Positions 52,091-53,846 of a stretch of 53,846 bases of DNA are shown piece after piece (the first letter of the stretch is position 1; each line of letters opens with the position of its first letter). The DNA is from an uncultured Mycoplasmatota bacterium. GTDB lineage: Bacteria > Bacillota_I > Bacilli_A > RF39 > UBA660. The notes under the pieces are model-generated. The model had not been told where the DNA came from, searched no databases, and saw only the letters and a program-made list of their open reading frames with translations. Both the position numbers and the translations under genes were made by a program. The DNA is taken from positions 1 through 53,846 of the forward strand of contig USIB01000001.1 of NCBI GenBank assembly GCA_900554615.1, read 5' to 3'.

Positions 52091-53698
52091 TTAGGAATTT
52101 TTCTTATATGTTAAATACCCACTAGTATAATTAGCCATAGTACCATCAACTTTACTCCAATCATAAGAGACATTTCCCTTTATTTTAGTACTACTTTGAA
52201 ACATTTGTGTAGAATTAGTAACATTTGTCATACTCCATAAATCAGATACATAAATCGTAGTAAGATTATCACAAAGCATAAATGCTCTATACATATTAGT
52301 AACATTACTAGTATTAAAACTAGACAAATCCAAACTACTAAGACTAGAACACTTATAAAACATATTGCTCATATTTGTTACTTTACTTGTATCAAAGCTA
52401 GACAGATTTATATTTGTAAGTGAACTACATCCACTAAACATATCAGACATATCAGTTGCTTTACTCGTATCAAAATTACTTAAATCTAAACTAATTAATT
52501 TATTACAATTATAAAACATTCCATAACCCATATTTGTTACTTTGCTAGTATCAAAATTACTTAAATCTAAAGAAGTAAGTGAACTACATCCATAAAACAT
52601 CGAAATCATAGAAGTAACATTACTAGTATTAAAATTACTTAAATCTAAACTTTCTAAGCTTTTGCAATTTCTAAATACATTTGGAAATAATGTAGCACTA
52701 CTTGTATTAAAACTACTTAAATTTATTTCTTTTAAACTACTACAATCTCTAAATAAATTACTAAAATTAGTTATTCTACTTGTATCAAAACCACTTAAAT
52801 CCAAAAAAGTGAGTGAACTACATCCATTAAACATATCATTAAAATATAATAAATTTGGTGTTTTAAAATTACTTAAATCTAAATTAACTAATTTACTACA
52901 ATTATAAAACATATATGTCATACTAGTAGTATTTGTTGCATCAACATGCCTTAAATCAATCGAAGTAACATTACTAAGATAAGCAAATAACTGTGAACTA
53001 CCATTAGGAAGTTTTATAACTCCATCATCACTACCAATATACACTTCATATAAACTATTACTATCAGTATCAGTATACCACATCATAATACTACCATCAC
53101 CATTTTGTGATATATCAAAACTACCTAACACATTCATTGGAACAACATTATTATTAGTAACAGTCAAAGTCTCTATAGTATTTCTAACTACATCTGTATT
53201 TAAAAACTTAGAAGTATCACTAATAGAGCTTTCAGCTCCTCGTATAACATTATTACTACTAACTTTTTCAGTAATTAAAGTATAACCACTAGGAACTATT
53301 AAATCTCCACCATTCTCATATCCAAGAATTGTTTTTAATGTAATAGTATTTGTTGTAGTACCATTATTTATTAATTTTAACTTAATAAATTTATTTTCTC
53401 CATAATTCATTATTCCTGATACTTCTAAAGCAGACTCTTCATATACTTTTACTATAACATCAGTACCAGTATATCCTACTCCATATTTAACTTTACCATT
53501 ATTAGAATTAGTAATCTTATAATAAATTGTTTTAGAACTTTTAGCATCTATTTCAATACTATCACTACCATTAATTACAATTGAATAGCTATCATTATCA
53601 TCAGTAATTATACTAGATAAAGCAAAAGTATTATATAAATATCCAATCATCAACAATATAATTATGAACATTATTATCATTATTATTCTTTTTTTCAT
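52091..53698 (-). CDS. BspA/DUF285-type leucine-rich repeat surface protein
   Basis: Signal/TM N-terminus, then about 10 tandem 25-aa repeats (LDLSNFDTSKVTNMSxMFxGCSSLTS). Confidence 0.75.
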   Translation of the reverse strand: MKKRIIMIIMFIIILLMIGYLYNTFALSSIITDDNDSYSIVINGSDSIEIDAKSSKTIYYKITNSNNGKVKYGVGYTGTDVIVKVYEESALEVSGIMNYGENKFIKLKLINNGTTTNTITLKTILGYENGGDLIVPSGYTLITEKVSSNNVIRGAESSISDTSKFLNTDVVRNTIETLTVTNNNVVPMNVLGSFDISQNGDGSIMMWYTDTDSNSLYEVYIGSDDGVIKLPNGSSQLFAYLSNVTSIDLRHVDATNTTSMTYMFYNCSKLVNLDLSNFKTPNLLYFNDMFNGCSSLTFLDLSGFDTSRITNFSNLFRDCSSLKEINLSSFNTSSATLFPNVFRNCKSLESLDLSNFNTSNVTSMISMFYGCSSLTSLDLSNFDTSKVTNMGYGMFYNCNKLISLDLSNFDTSKATDMSDMFSGCSSLTNINLSSFDTSKVTNMSNMFYKCSSLSSLDLSSFNTSNVTNMYRAFMLCDNLTTIYVSDLWSMTNVTNSTQMFQSSTKIKGNVSYDWSKVDGTMANYTSGYLTYKKNS

Positions 53699-53814
53699 AA
53701 TTCCTCCAACATAAAAAGACTACGAAAAATCTCTAGTATTTCTACTAGTTACTTCATAGTCTTTATTATTCAATATGTTACTTATAAAGACTTTATTTAC
53801 TAGACTTAGAACAT

Positions 53815-53822
53815 CCCCCCCC
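53815..53822. repeat. homopolymeric C8 (G8 on the gene strand) flanked by TAGAACA direct repeats
   Basis: TAGAACA-T-CCCCCCCC-TAGAACA at 53807-53829, about 117 nt upstream of the repeat-protein start. Confidence 0.8.
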
Positions 53823-53846
53823 TAGAACAGATTCTTGTTTGGATGT

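Noticed and set aside
1200-52907. Many track ORFs of 60-155 aa lying antisense to, or inside, larger well-supported genes: 1200-1436, 1722-1919, 5040-5363, 6452-6739, 7486-7704, 8059-8244, 10701-10886, 11033-11278, 14671-14907, 15389-15583, 18506-18760, 28788-28994, 29570-29761, 30344-30580, 37273-37509, 39272-39517, 39687-39893, 46256-46516, 47721-47996, 48012-48314, 49968-50435 and 52662-52907.
   Set aside because: They overlap genes with clear homology on the opposite strand. They have no RBS and give low-complexity L/F/I/S-rich translations typical of antisense frames in AT-rich DNA.
1-53846. CRISPR arrays, rRNA genes, IS elements or transposases, and use of the Mollicutes genetic code (TGA = Trp).
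   Set aside because: No regularly spaced direct repeats, no rRNA-like conserved blocks and no transposase-like ORFs were seen. Several well-supported genes terminate at TGA, and Trp is encoded by TGG, so the standard bacterial code applies.

Overview
This is a very AT-rich chromosomal segment from a spore-forming low-GC Firmicute that uses the standard genetic code (TGA is a stop, TGG encodes Trp). Most of the window is conserved housekeeping and sporulation genes: nusB, xseA, xseB, spoIVB, zupT, spoIIM, mnmA, glyA, rarA, tcdA, aspS behind a T-box leader, dtd, relA, secDF, a sigma factor with a STAS protein, xerD, one tRNA-Leu and a probable 6S RNA.

The most interesting feature is at 16.6-21.6 kb. 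A canonical 28-bp Firmicute-type dif site (16576-16603) and a second site sharing only the central region and XerD arm (21569-21596) flank a roughly 5.0-kb filamentous-phage (inovirus)-like prophage. The prophage has no integrase. It carries a Zot-type assembly ATPase, pVIII-, pIII- and pVI-like proteins, overlapping mini membrane ORFs, an XRE repressor switch, and a plasmid pMV158-type rolling-circle Rep. Its cognate TACTACGAC nick sequence sits in a hairpin just upstream of rep. Gene orientation flips from mostly + to mostly - exactly at this locus, so the window appears to span the replication terminus with a Xer-exploiting (IMEX-like) phage in dif.

Other loci worth a second look:
- A cluster of truncated or degenerate replication-protein look-alikes (DnaB C-domain only, P-loop-less DnaA domain III) with a PD-(D/E)xK nuclease and a PcfJ-like protein at 0.1-4.7 kb.
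- A mosaic accessory island at 38-44 kb with a Fic/Doc-like protein, a nuclease-toxin-like protein and duplicated promoter-plus-hairpin modules.
- A recurrent family of twin intergenic hairpins with different stems but a conserved AGCC...GTCT apex.
- A divergent ClpX paralogue.
- A poly-C tract upstream of a BspA/DUF285-type repeat surface protein.

No rRNA gene or CRISPR array was seen. All family assignments come from motif recognition by eye, not from database searches.
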